A stretch of DNA of 64,000 bases from Eubacteriales bacterium (GTDB lineage: Bacteria; Bacillota; Clostridia; Oscillospirales; CAG-272), in NCBI GenBank assembly GCA_045127455.1, contig JBGVQK010000077.1, forward strand, positions 2,370 through 66,369, written 5' to 3'. The notes under the pieces were generated by a model. The model was not told the DNA's origin. It did not search any database and saw only the letters and a program-made list of their open reading frames with translations. Positions 35,299 through 45,020 of this stretch are shown here, piece after piece; position 1 is the stretch's first letter, and each line of letters starts with the position of its first letter. The position numbers were made by a program, and so were the translations under genes.

Positions 35299-36209
35299 TC
35301 ACTCTCCTTTTCTTTTTGTGCGGCATAAAGAGCAGCCGCAAGCTCGGCGTGGATGTCAGGCTCACAAATTTGTACGTTCGGGAGTTCTTGGCGTACGCCA
35401 TCCTCAAACGCTTGCCGTACGGTTTGGTTTTTGCAAAGCACGCTGCCCCAAACGCCAAGCAGATCGGCGTGGCAGCGCTTGAGAAGCACTGTCGCATAAC
35501 GCGAAAGATGCGCGGCGGCATCCAAAAGAATACCCCTTGCCACAGCATCGCCCCGGTTTGCGCACTCTGCTACACAGCGGGCAAATCCAGCAACGTCGGG
35601 CTCCTCACCGCCGTAAAAAGCAGAGATCAGGTCACGCGGAGCATTCACACCAAAATGCGTAAGTGCTGCGTTTGTTAAAGACGTATCCCTTGCAACGCCA
35701 TCAAAGGCGCGCAGGGCGGCACAAATGCCCTCACGACCGATGTAGTAGCCGCTGCCCTCATCGCCCGAGAGTCTGCCCCACCCGCCAACGACCGAGATCT
35801 CGTGGGCATCGTTCTCGCCGATTGCCATAGCGCCCGTGCCCGAAATGAGAAGCACACCCGCCTTTTTGCCACCCGTAAGCGCAAAAAGCGTGATGTACGC
35901 ATCGCTGCGAATATATACGGGAGCCTCCAACAAAGCTGCGGCGCGCGCGGTAAATTCCTTTGCTGCAGGGCTTTCTGCCTCATCGTCGATGGAAGGGTCT
36001 CCAATGCCGACGGCGGCAATGCTGCCCTTGGGAAGCTTGAGCGCGGCAATGCCTTTGCCAAGATTGTTCAGCGCGGCATCAATACCTATAAAGTTGTAAT
36101 TGAGCGGACCGCACACAGCCGAGGCGATCTCGCGCCCATCGGGCGTACAGGCAACCAGCGCGGTCTTGGTTCCGCCACCGTCAACGCCCACAAAATAACG
36201 CGCTTCCAT
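35289..36209 (-). CDS. BadF/BadG/BcrA/BcrD-type ATPase (N-acetylglucosamine-kinase-like sugar kinase)
   Basis: YFVGVDGGGTKT phosphate-1 motif and ISGTGAMA. Confidence 0.8.
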   Translation of the reverse strand: MEARYFVGVDGGGTKTALVACTPDGREIASAVCGPLNYNFIGIDAALNNLGKGIAALKLPKGSIAAVGIGDPSIDDEAESPAAKEFTARAAALLEAPVYIRSDAYITLFALTGGKKAGVLLISGTGAMAIGENDAHEISVVGGWGRLSGDEGSGYYIGREGICAALRAFDGVARDTSLTNAALTHFGVNAPRDLISAFYGGEEPDVAGFARCVAECANRGDAVARGILLDAAAHLSRYATVLLKRCHADLLGVWGSVLCKNQTVRQAFEDGVRQELPNVQICEPDIHAELAAALYAAQKEKESECK

Positions 36210-36340
36210 CTCGCACCTCCCTTTTATACTTTCTTTCCCTTATTATATATGATTTTTGGCTCTCTGTCAACGAAATTTTGATGAAAAGAAATAGGAATTT
36301 GTTTTTTTCTTCTTTTTGCAACCAAAATTTTGCGCAAGTG

Positions 36341-36369
36341 TTGACTTTTTGGGCGCGATTTTGTATAAT
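36341..36369 (+). promoter_or_regulatory. Consensus sigma-A promoter of the ceramidase-like gene
   Basis: TTGACT-17 nt-TATAAT. Confidence 0.65.
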
Positions 36370-36409
36370 GATTTTAGAAATACTCCGAAAGAGCAAAGGA
36401 GGAGCCCCT

Positions 36410-37711
36410 ATGAAAAACACTCTGCGCCTCGGCTTTGCCGATGCCATTATTACACCGCAGCACCCCGAATACATCTATCTTGACGGCTACGGCTTTCGCC
36501 TTTCCCCCGCCACCGAGGGCGTGCGCGACGATCTGCACGCAAAGGTGTGCGCAATGGTAGAGGGAGAGAGAATCTTTCTTTTGTTCTCGCTCGATCTCAT
36601 TGGGCTACGCGAGGATACTTATCGCCTTGTGACCTCGCAAATCAGCGATTTGACGGGTGTTGCGCGCGAGAATATGGCGCTCTCTTGTATTCACACCCAC
36701 GCCGCTCCCGCCTCGGGAATTCTTGACGAGCTCCCCATCGACACCGATTATTTCGCCTACGTGGGCGAGATTTGCGGACGTGCCGCTCTGCGCGCGATCG
36801 AACGCGCTTGCCCTGTAAGCGCATCCTTTTCTATTCTGCCGCAAACGCTGCAAACCAATCACAACCGCCGCGAGGGGCGCGACGTCATTGACCGCTCCAT
36901 CCGTGCCGTAGCGTTTCACAACGAGGAAGGCAAGCTGTGCGGTGTGCTTTGCTCTGCCGCTTGCCATGCCGTTGTTAACACCGCATATTCGATTTCTGCC
37001 GACTGGCTGGCAGAGCTCAACAAGCTCTCAACCGACGAGGTTCCCTACCTCTTTTTGCAGGGACGTGCCGCAGATATCAATCCGCAGCTCTACCTCAAGC
37101 TCCCCATCGACGAGCTGATCGAGCGACTTGGGCGCGAATTATCAGTACCCGTTGCGCAATTTGCTACTCATTCGCAAGCAGGAAAACCTCTTTCGGGTGC
37201 GCTGACAAGACGCTATGAGATGGTCCGCATCCCGATGAAAAAGATGACCGATCTTGCATCGGTTCGCGAAGCGATCGCTCGCGAGTCCGAGGCTTATCGC
37301 GCGTTGACTCCCGACAATATTCAAAAGCATTTTGTGCTGCGCCAGCTGCAATGGTGGCGTCATATGGAAAAAATGATTGAGAACGGCGAGGATTTTGCCC
37401 TGCGCGTTCCCTTGCAGGTCCTGGCAATTGGAAAGGCTTGCGTGTTCCTGTTTGTTCCCTTTGAGCTTTTAACGCTCACCGGCAACAAGCTTGAGGATAT
37501 GTACGCCAACGCCGGCTTTGCGCGCGAAACGGTATACGTATGCGGTTATTCCAATATGACCGAGGGATATCTTGCCCCCGTTGAAGAGTTCCCCTTTGGC
37601 GGCTATGAGGTGGCAGGTGCCGCGCATTGGTATAACATTCTCGAGGCATCGCCCGAGAGCGAGCCTGCGCTTCTTGATTGGTTCCAACGCGTTAGCGAGG
37701 AATTGAAATAA
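36410..37711 (+). CDS. Neutral/alkaline ceramidase-N-terminal-domain-like hydrolase (uncertain)
   Basis: Start set at MKNTLRLGFADAIITP (RBS AAGGAGGA). The LDGYGFR and CIHTHAAP motifs resemble the ceramidase-like family. Confidence 0.45.
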   Translation: MKNTLRLGFADAIITPQHPEYIYLDGYGFRLSPATEGVRDDLHAKVCAMVEGERIFLLFSLDLIGLREDTYRLVTSQISDLTGVARENMALSCIHTHAAPASGILDELPIDTDYFAYVGEICGRAALRAIERACPVSASFSILPQTLQTNHNRREGRDVIDRSIRAVAFHNEEGKLCGVLCSAACHAVVNTAYSISADWLAELNKLSTDEVPYLFLQGRAADINPQLYLKLPIDELIERLGRELSVPVAQFATHSQAGKPLSGALTRRYEMVRIPMKKMTDLASVREAIARESEAYRALTPDNIQKHFVLRQLQWWRHMEKMIENGEDFALRVPLQVLAIGKACVFLFVPFELLTLTGNKLEDMYANAGFARETVYVCGYSNMTEGYLAPVEEFPFGGYEVAGAAHWYNILEASPESEPALLDWFQRVSEELK

Positions 37712-37773
37712 GCCTTTGTAGGGACCGGCGTCCCCGGCGGTCCGTTGCCAAAATAAACATCATAGCAAAAACA

Positions 37774-37806
37774 CCCCGCGCCCTTCGATGATCGAAGGGC
37801 GCGGGG
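37774..37806. terminator. Bidirectional intrinsic terminator
   Basis: CCCCGCGCCCTTCGAT-G-ATCGAAGGGCGCGGGG is a perfect palindrome with T-rich tails on both strands. Confidence 0.85.
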
Positions 37807-37834
37807 CTTTTATTGCTTATTTGTGTTTTTTGAA

Positions 37835-40078
37835 TTAGTGGTAGAACTCAAGAACTACCGAGAGACCGCCTTGGGTCAGAACAACTCTTTCAGCTGCCTG
37901 GAATGCCATAATGGTTGCCAAGTGTTCAGCGTTTGCAGGATTGAGAGCGTTGCCTGCAAGGTCAACAAAGGTGGTACCATTGAAGTAAATGGTGTGTGCG
38001 TTGCCTTGTGCATCGTATGCGGTGAGGAAAGGAGGCAGCATGGTGGGACCACCGTTTGCAAGAGCGTAATCGGAGATCTGCTTAATGATTCCCCATTGTA
38101 CGTTCTCTGCACTTTGGTTTCTATCCATACCTACACCGTCAATAAAGAGCGAGCCTTGTGCATCGGTACCTGTAATAACTGCAGCAGCATCACTACCCTC
38201 GGGCATCAGCAAGCCTTGAATGTTCATCTTGCCGTTGTTATCAAACAAGCTGCCAAGGGTTGCTTGCTTCATACCCTCGCTCAACGCCTTAATAGATGCA
38301 ACAATGGAGTTGCCGTTAACAGCGGTGAACCAGATCTCTTCGCCACTTACGTGGGTCTCAAATACGGTGTTGGTTGCTACAAACATGGGCTTTTGATATA
38401 CGTTATCAACCTTGGGGCTGGCTGCAATTGCCATAGGACCGCCGGCACCGTTGAAGAAGGAATCTACAAAGGTTGCCTTGGAATTGGACCACATATGAAT
38501 TGCGTTTTGGTAAGAGTCGTAGCACTTAACCTTGTTAACGTTCATAATAGAGCCTTGGTCTGCAAAATAGGTGATAAAGAAGGAGTTGCCAAGCATATTG
38601 TTGAACTCAGCCTTTACTTGGTAGGTTGCCTTGAAGAAGATCAAGCCGCCCGCGGAAACAAGGTTACCGTCAGCGTCAACGGTGTTGTTTCTTGCTGCGT
38701 TACCAATGATGCTGAGGTTTTGGATGGTAACTGTGGGGTAATTCTCAACAGCGGTATCGTTGTCGTTGAGGAATTGGAAAAGGGTGGAGTTGGAGAAATC
38801 GGAGCCGTAATCGTCAAGGGTTCCCTCTTCGCCGAAAACTGCGGGAGATGCAATCAGCGGGAATTGGCTTACGTTGAGCGAGAAGAGATTGCCTTCAACT
38901 ACAAAGGTTTCGTCAGCAACCATCAAACGGCGGTAGATGAAAGACCAATCCTTGAGGAACTTGGTGCCTGCGGGAATGGTGATGGTCTCCTCGGGATTGA
39001 GCGCGTTCTTATAAACGATGTCCTTTTCGGTGGTTCTGAAGAATACTGCGGGAACGTCGTCAGCGGTCAGGGTAAGGTCAGCGTGCAAAACGATGCCGGA
39101 AACGGTAACGTTGCCGATGCCCTTTTCGTTCTTGAATGCATCCCATGCGTGAGCATCCCAATCCTCTTCACGGTTATCGGTGTTGTCGTTATCTACAACG
39201 GCAAGCTCCCATGCCTCGTAAATGTTGTATGCCTTAATAACCTTTGCTTCAAGCACAACAGGGTTGAAGGAATCGAAAATGTAGTGCTCATCGGAAGGAA
39301 GAACAGAGATCTGAACGGTCAGGCCCTCTGCATCTGCCGAGAAGGTGTAAACGCCCTTGTAGGTATCAACGGTAGCGATCAGCGTTTCGCCATTGTAGAA
39401 GGAAACAAGGTTGCCCTCTCCTGCGGTTTCGGTGAGTGCTACGTATCCATCCTCGGTGAGAACAGACATTTTAACAACTGCATAGAAGTTTTCAAGTGCC
39501 TCAATGGTATCGTCATCGTTAAGAACTGCGAGCTTGGGAATGAAACGGAATGCGTTTTCGTTACCAACAACGTAGGTCTTGTTGCCAACTGCAAATTCGC
39601 CTGCAAAGCCTGCATCACCGTACTTGAGCTCGGTGTTTACGTTGTTTGCGCTATCAAAGCTGACAAGAGAGTCGGGCTTTTCAAATTGAACCGCAATAGA
39701 AACGTCGGATGTGCCGGAGTTCTCGTCGGTTACCTTAATGGTAACAACTGCCTCTTGCTTTACGTTCAGGTGAGGATCCATAAAGGATACCTTAACCTCC
39801 TTTTCACCTACGGTAGCGGTGATATCCTGCGCGTAGGTAATGGTAAGCTCATTAAAAGTATAAACTTTGTTCAAGGATTTGTCGGAATAGGTAGCGGTTG
39901 CTTTAATACCGGAGAAATCAATTTCCTCACCAACCAAATAATTGGTCTTAACAGAGGAACGGTCTACGGTAAAGGATTCCAATTTGAGGGTGCCCTTCAG
40001 CAGAAAATCACAGGCTGCAAGGGTAAAAACCATAGCCAATGCTGCTACAAATGCGATAAACTTAAACGTCTTTTTCAT
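37835..40078 (-). CDS. 747-aa surface lipoprotein (Ig-like N-terminal domain plus large beta-rich region)
   Basis: Signal peptide with lipobox (VFTLAAC). LVGEEIDFSGIKATATYSD is a bacterial Ig-like pattern. The remainder is N/T/G/V-rich with no catalytic motif recognised. Confidence 0.65.
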   Translation of the reverse strand: MKKTFKFIAFVAALAMVFTLAACDFLLKGTLKLESFTVDRSSVKTNYLVGEEIDFSGIKATATYSDKSLNKVYTFNELTITYAQDITATVGEKEVKVSFMDPHLNVKQEAVVTIKVTDENSGTSDVSIAVQFEKPDSLVSFDSANNVNTELKYGDAGFAGEFAVGNKTYVVGNENAFRFIPKLAVLNDDDTIEALENFYAVVKMSVLTEDGYVALTETAGEGNLVSFYNGETLIATVDTYKGVYTFSADAEGLTVQISVLPSDEHYIFDSFNPVVLEAKVIKAYNIYEAWELAVVDNDNTDNREEDWDAHAWDAFKNEKGIGNVTVSGIVLHADLTLTADDVPAVFFRTTEKDIVYKNALNPEETITIPAGTKFLKDWSFIYRRLMVADETFVVEGNLFSLNVSQFPLIASPAVFGEEGTLDDYGSDFSNSTLFQFLNDNDTAVENYPTVTIQNLSIIGNAARNNTVDADGNLVSAGGLIFFKATYQVKAEFNNMLGNSFFITYFADQGSIMNVNKVKCYDSYQNAIHMWSNSKATFVDSFFNGAGGPMAIAASPKVDNVYQKPMFVATNTVFETHVSGEEIWFTAVNGNSIVASIKALSEGMKQATLGSLFDNNGKMNIQGLLMPEGSDAAAVITGTDAQGSLFIDGVGMDRNQSAENVQWGIIKQISDYALANGGPTMLPPFLTAYDAQGNAHTIYFNGTTFVDLAGNALNPANAEHLATIMAFQAAERVVLTQGGLSVVLEFYH

Positions 40079-40100
40079 TTTTTTGCCTCCTTTAAATGGG

Positions 40101-40607
40101 TTAGGAATTGGTATCTTTAGGGACTCTGCCCATAAGAACGATTTGGGTGCTGACGTTAGAGCCGTCAGTTGCGCGAATGGTAACCGTTATAGCACGGTTA
40201 GGCTTGAGAAATACGAAGGTACGCGACGTTTCGTGGAACACGACCACGCCTGCGTTGGTCTCCTTATCGAATTCAAATTTTACGTTTGTGCTGTCAGCCA
40301 AGTGCGGCAGGACCTCGTAGTTGATCTGAATGGCGTTGGGGTTGTTGATAATGCTTTCGTCCTCTTCGGTGTAGGGGTTTTCTTCGCTTGCGGGAATAAA
40401 ATCAAAGAGGAATAACGGCTTACCACCCAGGTTCTGCTTGGATTCAATGGTTACGGGGTCCTCGTTTTGCACGGTTACGCTATTGCATTGAATCTCTTGC
40501 ACGTAGGTAATTCCGTCAAAAACCTTAACCTCGAGGCCAAAGAAGTTAACCACCGCAATGGATGCGATATACACCACAAGAAGAACGATAACTATTGTTT
40601 TTTTCAT
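40101..40607 (-). CDS. 168-aa N-terminally anchored extracytoplasmic protein
   Basis: MKKTIVIVLLVVYIASIAVVNFF forms the TM anchor. TAATG overlap with the upstream gene. Confidence 0.55.
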   Translation of the reverse strand: MKKTIVIVLLVVYIASIAVVNFFGLEVKVFDGITYVQEIQCNSVTVQNEDPVTIESKQNLGGKPLFLFDFIPASEENPYTEEDESIINNPNAIQINYEVLPHLADSTNVKFEFDKETNAGVVVFHETSRTFVFLKPNRAITVTIRATDGSNVSTQIVLMGRVPKDTNS

Positions 40608-42310
40608 TACTGTTTCTCCCTGTAAAATGCTTTAATTTTGGAAATATAGGTGAACACCTTGTACCCTGCAAGTGCTGCGGCAACCGCTGCAAGCTTGATC
40701 CAGGTTGCGGGGTCGTTGCGCGAGGAGAAGAAGAGTGCCAAGATAAACACCACAGCCGAAATGATAATGGCGCTAACGCCCGAGCCAACCTCGTTGGGGT
40801 TGTTTGCTTGCTCGTTAAAGGTTGCGTACTGCTCGTATTGCGGATTCATAATGTCCTTTTCTGCGCTGGAGAACAGATGTGCCGCATAAATGCAGTAGAT
40901 CATAATACCGATCATACACGCATCCATAGGCGCCATCGAGGATTCAATGGCAAAAATGTTCACCGTCAGTATGCATCCCACAAGCGCTAAGATCATAGGA
41001 AAGATCAGCTTGGAAAACAGCAGAGTCGCGTAAGGCGTGGGCTGCACCTTGTTGAGATAAGAGCTGGAGCCGTCGCGGCTGTAGACCGATGCAATATCGA
41101 TGTTTGTCATCATCATCATTAAAAGAATAACGATGATGTTGAAGCAAACGGTCATTTGTGTGCCCAAAAAGCGCGTGTTCATTGCGGAATAGAGCTTGTT
41201 GAGCAAATAGACTGCCATTGGCATAATGACGATCAGCACACCGCCAAGCTTGATGAATGCGTTGGAGCGTAGCCCGATGACGAATTCCTTTTTCATAGCC
41301 GAAAGGAAGGGCGGCATTCTGTGGTTCGCTTTTTTTCTTAACTTGTCATTCTTTTTGAACTCAAATGGCGTGGATGCCATGCGGCAGAACAACGGCTTGG
41401 AGCACAAGAAGCAAAGCACCAAAAGCACGCAGCCAACACCGATCAGGATCAAAAGATTGATAAGCGTATCGGAGTGGAAGATGACGTTGGAAAGACCTAC
41501 GGTTTTACCAACGATCAGCTCGGTAAAGGAGTATATGGGAGCAAACATTCTCGTATAATCGGCAAGAAATTCTTGAATCTCCCAATAGGTGTTGCCCCAG
41601 GTTTCAATAAAGTTGATGTTTTCCGGCACAAGACCGATCAACCACCACACAAGCAGGATCGCTCCAAGGCCGACTGCGCTGTACAAAACGTACTGCAGGA
41701 TCTTAACACGGTTAAGGAAGATATAAACGAACATTGCGGGAATGGAGAATAGAGCCGCCAAAAGAACGGGCACGCTCGATATCAGCAAAAACATCAGGAT
41801 CAGCCACGGGTAATACAGGAAGGCGTATCCCTTGATGATACCGTACGCAATGAACATGGGAATGGTGAACATAAAGCTCTTTCTCAGCTCGTAAACGTAA
41901 TAGGTTGCAAGCTTTGAAAAGAAAATGAGCGAGGGCGTTGCGGGGAAGGTTAAAAGAACTGTGTTGTCCTTGGAAAAATACAAGGACTTCATCAGGCCTA
42001 TCGTATCGGTGACCAGCGAAAGCGCAAGCATAACGCCAAAAATAAGCGAGACGACCGACACGGGAATATCGTGAACGAGCGAGAAAAGACTGAGCAGCTT
42101 GACAAAATAGAACACCACCGCGATAACCGCCGTAATGGCTGCAAACTCAATTAAGAGCCACGTCAATTTAAAAATCAGTTTTCTCTTGGAGCGGATATAG
42201 CCAAGGTCCATTTTTTCCTTGAGCTGCATTTTTACCAGCGTGGTAAGCTTTCTCCACTTTTCAAGGAAGGACTTAACAAAGCCGCTCTTTTTCAGCTTTG
42301 TTTTGGTCAT
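40607..42310 (-). CDS. 567-aa polytopic membrane protein (putative permease partner)
   Basis: At least 10 TM helices. ATGA overlap with the upstream ATPase fusion. Confidence 0.6.
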   Translation of the reverse strand: MTKTKLKKSGFVKSFLEKWRKLTTLVKMQLKEKMDLGYIRSKRKLIFKLTWLLIEFAAITAVIAVVFYFVKLLSLFSLVHDIPVSVVSLIFGVMLALSLVTDTIGLMKSLYFSKDNTVLLTFPATPSLIFFSKLATYYVYELRKSFMFTIPMFIAYGIIKGYAFLYYPWLILMFLLISSVPVLLAALFSIPAMFVYIFLNRVKILQYVLYSAVGLGAILLVWWLIGLVPENINFIETWGNTYWEIQEFLADYTRMFAPIYSFTELIVGKTVGLSNVIFHSDTLINLLILIGVGCVLLVLCFLCSKPLFCRMASTPFEFKKNDKLRKKANHRMPPFLSAMKKEFVIGLRSNAFIKLGGVLIVIMPMAVYLLNKLYSAMNTRFLGTQMTVCFNIIVILLMMMMTNIDIASVYSRDGSSSYLNKVQPTPYATLLFSKLIFPMILALVGCILTVNIFAIESSMAPMDACMIGIMIYCIYAAHLFSSAEKDIMNPQYEQYATFNEQANNPNEVGSGVSAIIISAVVFILALFFSSRNDPATWIKLAAVAAALAGYKVFTYISKIKAFYREKQ

Positions 42311-44562
42311 ACCGTTTCTCCTTGGGGTTGATTCTCGGTTGCCTCCTTAACAGATACGGGGGCTTGCGTGTTGCCGTCGATCATGCTCATATAGAACTGC
42401 TCGAGCGGAATGCCGCTCTCCTTGATCTCGGCAATGGTCTTTGTGCAAAGGATCTGTCCCTTGCGAATAATGGCAATGCGGTCGCAAATATTTTCCACAA
42501 CGTCGATGATGTGGCTGGAGAAGAAGACGATGTTGCCGCGTGCGGCGTGCTCCTTCATACATTCTTTAACCTGGAAAATGGATTCGGGGTCAAGACCCGT
42601 CAAGGGCTCGTCCAAGATCCAGATCTTGGGGTTGTGCACAAGCGCCGACATAATGGTGATCTTTTGCTTCATGCCGTGGGAGTAGGTCTTCATCGGGTTG
42701 TCGATGGCGGTCTCCAAGCGGAATCTCTTAATGTATTCTGCCATACGCTCGTCGCGATCCTCGCGCGAAACGTCGTAAAGGTCGGCAATGTAGTTGATAT
42801 ATTCTCTACCTGTCAGGTTCTCATAAAGCGCGTAGTGGTCGGGCACAAAGCCGATCTGCATTTTTGCCTCAACCGCTTGCTTTTCGGCATCGTAGCCCGA
42901 AATCTCAATGCTACCTGAGGTGATGGTTTGAATGCCGACAATGGATTTGATGATGGTAGATTTGCCCGCACCGTTGGGGCCGAGGAAGCCAAAAATCTGG
43001 CCGCCGTCAATTTCAAGATTTGCTTTATAAACCGCATAGACGTCACTGGTGGAGTAACGCTTTGAGAAATCGCGAAGGATCAATTTTCCCTCGTTTTGCG
43101 GATTCATAGGTTCTTGCATACTTCTTCCGGCAAGATGCGCCTCCAGCGCCAGCTGATCGGCCTTGATCTTGCGGTTCCTTTCCATAATGATTTTGTAGGT
43201 ATCAACAACCTCAAACGCCTGCTCGTAGAGGAACCACATAGCAAACGAAAGTGCAATGTAAACCACAAAGTAAAGCGTTTGATAAACGGGATAGAGCACA
43301 AACGTCAGATCCTTATAGTGGAACACTGCCTTGATGTCGCGCAGATCCTCTGCCCACTTACCAAGCTTTTCGGCAATAAAATCGGAGTTGATAAAGAAAA
43401 AGTCAACACCCGCATCGTAGTTGGTAAGCCATGCGTTCATAACCAAAACGAGAACGTAATATCCAAAGAACGCCACAAGAGAGTAGATAAACTGCTTCAT
43501 TTTGGGGCGTTGGAAAATGCGCAAGCTCATCAACAAAACAGGCAACAGCATTGCCATATAGTGGTTAGACCAGAACTGTATAGAACCGGCCGCGAGCCAG
43601 TTGAGCCCCTCGGTATCGGGCATAACCATTGCAAAGAATGCGCCCAACACGTTGATAAAGATGGTGAAGTAATAGAGCTTTTCCATCTTGAAGATCAGTA
43701 CCAGGGGAATGATGAACATTGCCGTGTTACAAAGGTGCAACGGCCATGCCGTCAAGTCGGTAAAGATGGAAAAATCGTAATTGTAGCAGAAGGATATCAT
43801 GGTTGCCATGCTGATGTAAAGCAGGGCGAATCTTCTCTGTTCATACTCGTATTTGGTAAAGAGAAAATGCACGCCAAAGCCAAATACCACAGAACCGTAG
43901 ATGAACAGACGGTGGATCAGGTTGAAATCCTGAACGTAAACACCGGAGTCCCCAAGACCAACAAAGGCTTGCGGTACCCAGTGAGGCATGGAAATGAGGA
44001 ACATTCCAACAAAGATCGCAACCGTTGTCAAAAGCTTTTTCCATTGGAATTGTCCGCGCTTTTGTCGGGTAATTTGGAAGATTGCCAAACCAAGTCCCAC
44101 ACCAAGCTCAAGCGCAAAGGCAAGCAGTCGGTAGTGGAAGCCCTCTGCCCCATCTCCGTTTTGCGCACGGTTGAGCATAGGAATTGCCACAATAGAGGCG
44201 GCATAAACCACGGCGGCTACGTAACGAACGATAGGCGCTACAAGCGGAATGTGCTTTTCGAAGAAGGGGTACGTGATTGCCGCGAGCTGAACCGCGTAGA
44301 TAAGCCAAAACAGCACCGTTGACAAAACAACCAGTCCCGCGCCCTGCGGACCAAAAGGCGAAGAAATGTTAAGACCGATGGTCTCCTGAATCAAAGGCGT
44401 TCCGCCAAGAAAGCGGACAAAAAAGAGTACAGAGTAAACAAGCGCAACAACGCGCGTATTGTTAAAGCGCTCTCCAAATACGTTCTTGTTTCGCAAAAAG
44501 AACAAAAACGCAAAGGTAAGCAAACAAGATGCCACCGCGGCACCGTAGTAAAGATAGTTCAA
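42307..44562 (-). CDS. Fusion protein: polytopic YwaF/TIGR02206 (TMEM164-like) membrane domain plus C-terminal ABC ATPase domain
   Basis: N-terminal roughly 450 aa are hydrophobic and contain the TAWPLHLCN motif (family hallmark LPLHLC). The C-terminus has Walker A GPNGAGKST, signature YSHGMKQK, Walker B IWILDEP and H-loop SSHI. Confidence 0.75.
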   Translation of the reverse strand: MNYLYYGAAVASCLLTFAFLFFLRNKNVFGERFNNTRVVALVYSVLFFVRFLGGTPLIQETIGLNISSPFGPQGAGLVVLSTVLFWLIYAVQLAAITYPFFEKHIPLVAPIVRYVAAVVYAASIVAIPMLNRAQNGDGAEGFHYRLLAFALELGVGLGLAIFQITRQKRGQFQWKKLLTTVAIFVGMFLISMPHWVPQAFVGLGDSGVYVQDFNLIHRLFIYGSVVFGFGVHFLFTKYEYEQRRFALLYISMATMISFCYNYDFSIFTDLTAWPLHLCNTAMFIIPLVLIFKMEKLYYFTIFINVLGAFFAMVMPDTEGLNWLAAGSIQFWSNHYMAMLLPVLLMSLRIFQRPKMKQFIYSLVAFFGYYVLVLVMNAWLTNYDAGVDFFFINSDFIAEKLGKWAEDLRDIKAVFHYKDLTFVLYPVYQTLYFVVYIALSFAMWFLYEQAFEVVDTYKIIMERNRKIKADQLALEAHLAGRSMQEPMNPQNEGKLILRDFSKRYSTSDVYAVYKANLEIDGGQIFGFLGPNGAGKSTIIKSIVGIQTITSGSIEISGYDAEKQAVEAKMQIGFVPDHYALYENLTGREYINYIADLYDVSREDRDERMAEYIKRFRLETAIDNPMKTYSHGMKQKITIMSALVHNPKIWILDEPLTGLDPESIFQVKECMKEHAARGNIVFFSSHIIDVVENICDRIAIIRKGQILCTKTIAEIKESGIPLEQFYMSMIDGNTQAPVSVKEATENQPQGETV

Positions 44563-44699
44563 AATCAGTTCCTCCCGTAAAGGATTTGGATGGGTCGATA
44601 TCGAATATACAAAATAGATACTCCGTTCAAGAAATATCTCGTCAATTGCTTCAAAAGGTTACACGCATTTGCTTTATAAAAGCAAAAAACAAAAATTTC

Positions 44700-44738
44700 C
44701 AAAAAATCAGCCCCTGTTTTGTTAAAAAAGGACTGATC
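44700..44738 (-). terminator. Probable terminator after tRNA-Pro
   Basis: Minus strand reads ATCAGTCC-N16-GGGCTGAT (one G-U pair) followed by TTTTTT. The large loop lowers confidence. Confidence 0.4.
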
Positions 44739-44756
44739 TTTTGAGATTTTTGACTG

Positions 44757-44833
44757 TGGTCGGAGTGACAGGATTCGAACCTGCGGCCTCTTGGTCCCGA
44801 ACCAAGCGCACTACCAAACTGTGCCACACCCCG
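44757..44833 (-). tRNA. trnP: tRNA-Pro (anticodon CGG), CCA-3' encoded
   Basis: Hand fold of CGGGGTGTGGCACAGTTTGGTAGTGCGCTTGGTTCGGGACCAAGAGGCCGCAGGTTCGAATCCTGTCACTCCGACCA. Anticodon arm is CTTGG-TTCGGGA-CCAAG. T-loop is TTCGAAT. Confidence 0.95.
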
Positions 44834-45020
44834 ATTTAAAATTTGTTTTGTCGTTTTCCGCTTACTGCTTTGCTCCCCCTTGTGCGATTGGTGAGGGGAC
44901 CGAACCGCCGAATGCCGTTTTGCGGCTGAGGCTTCGCACATACCAAACTGTGCCACACCCCGAGAAAATTGATTTTGTTTTTTGCTTTCTTTGTGCGATT
45001 GGTGAGGGGACCGAATCGCC
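44834..45020 (-). repeat. Tandem duplication in the tRNA-Pro leader: two C-rich-loop hairpins plus a duplicated 5' fragment of tRNA-Pro
   Basis: GTGCGATTGGTGAGGGGACCGAA(C/T)CGCC occurs at 44882-44909 and 44993-45020. TACCAAACTGTGCCACACCCCG occurs at 44812-44833 (the real tRNA) and 44941-44962 (a fragment). Confidence 0.85.

Noticed and set aside
44935-45010. Possible second tRNA: the 74-nt stretch CGGGGTGTGGCACAG...GGTCCCCTCACCA ends in CCA and has tRNA length.
   Set aside because: Only the acceptor 5' strand and D-arm are tRNA-like. No 7-nt anticodon loop can be drawn, and neither the T-arm nor the acceptor 3' strand pairs. It is a chimeric fragment, not a functional tRNA.
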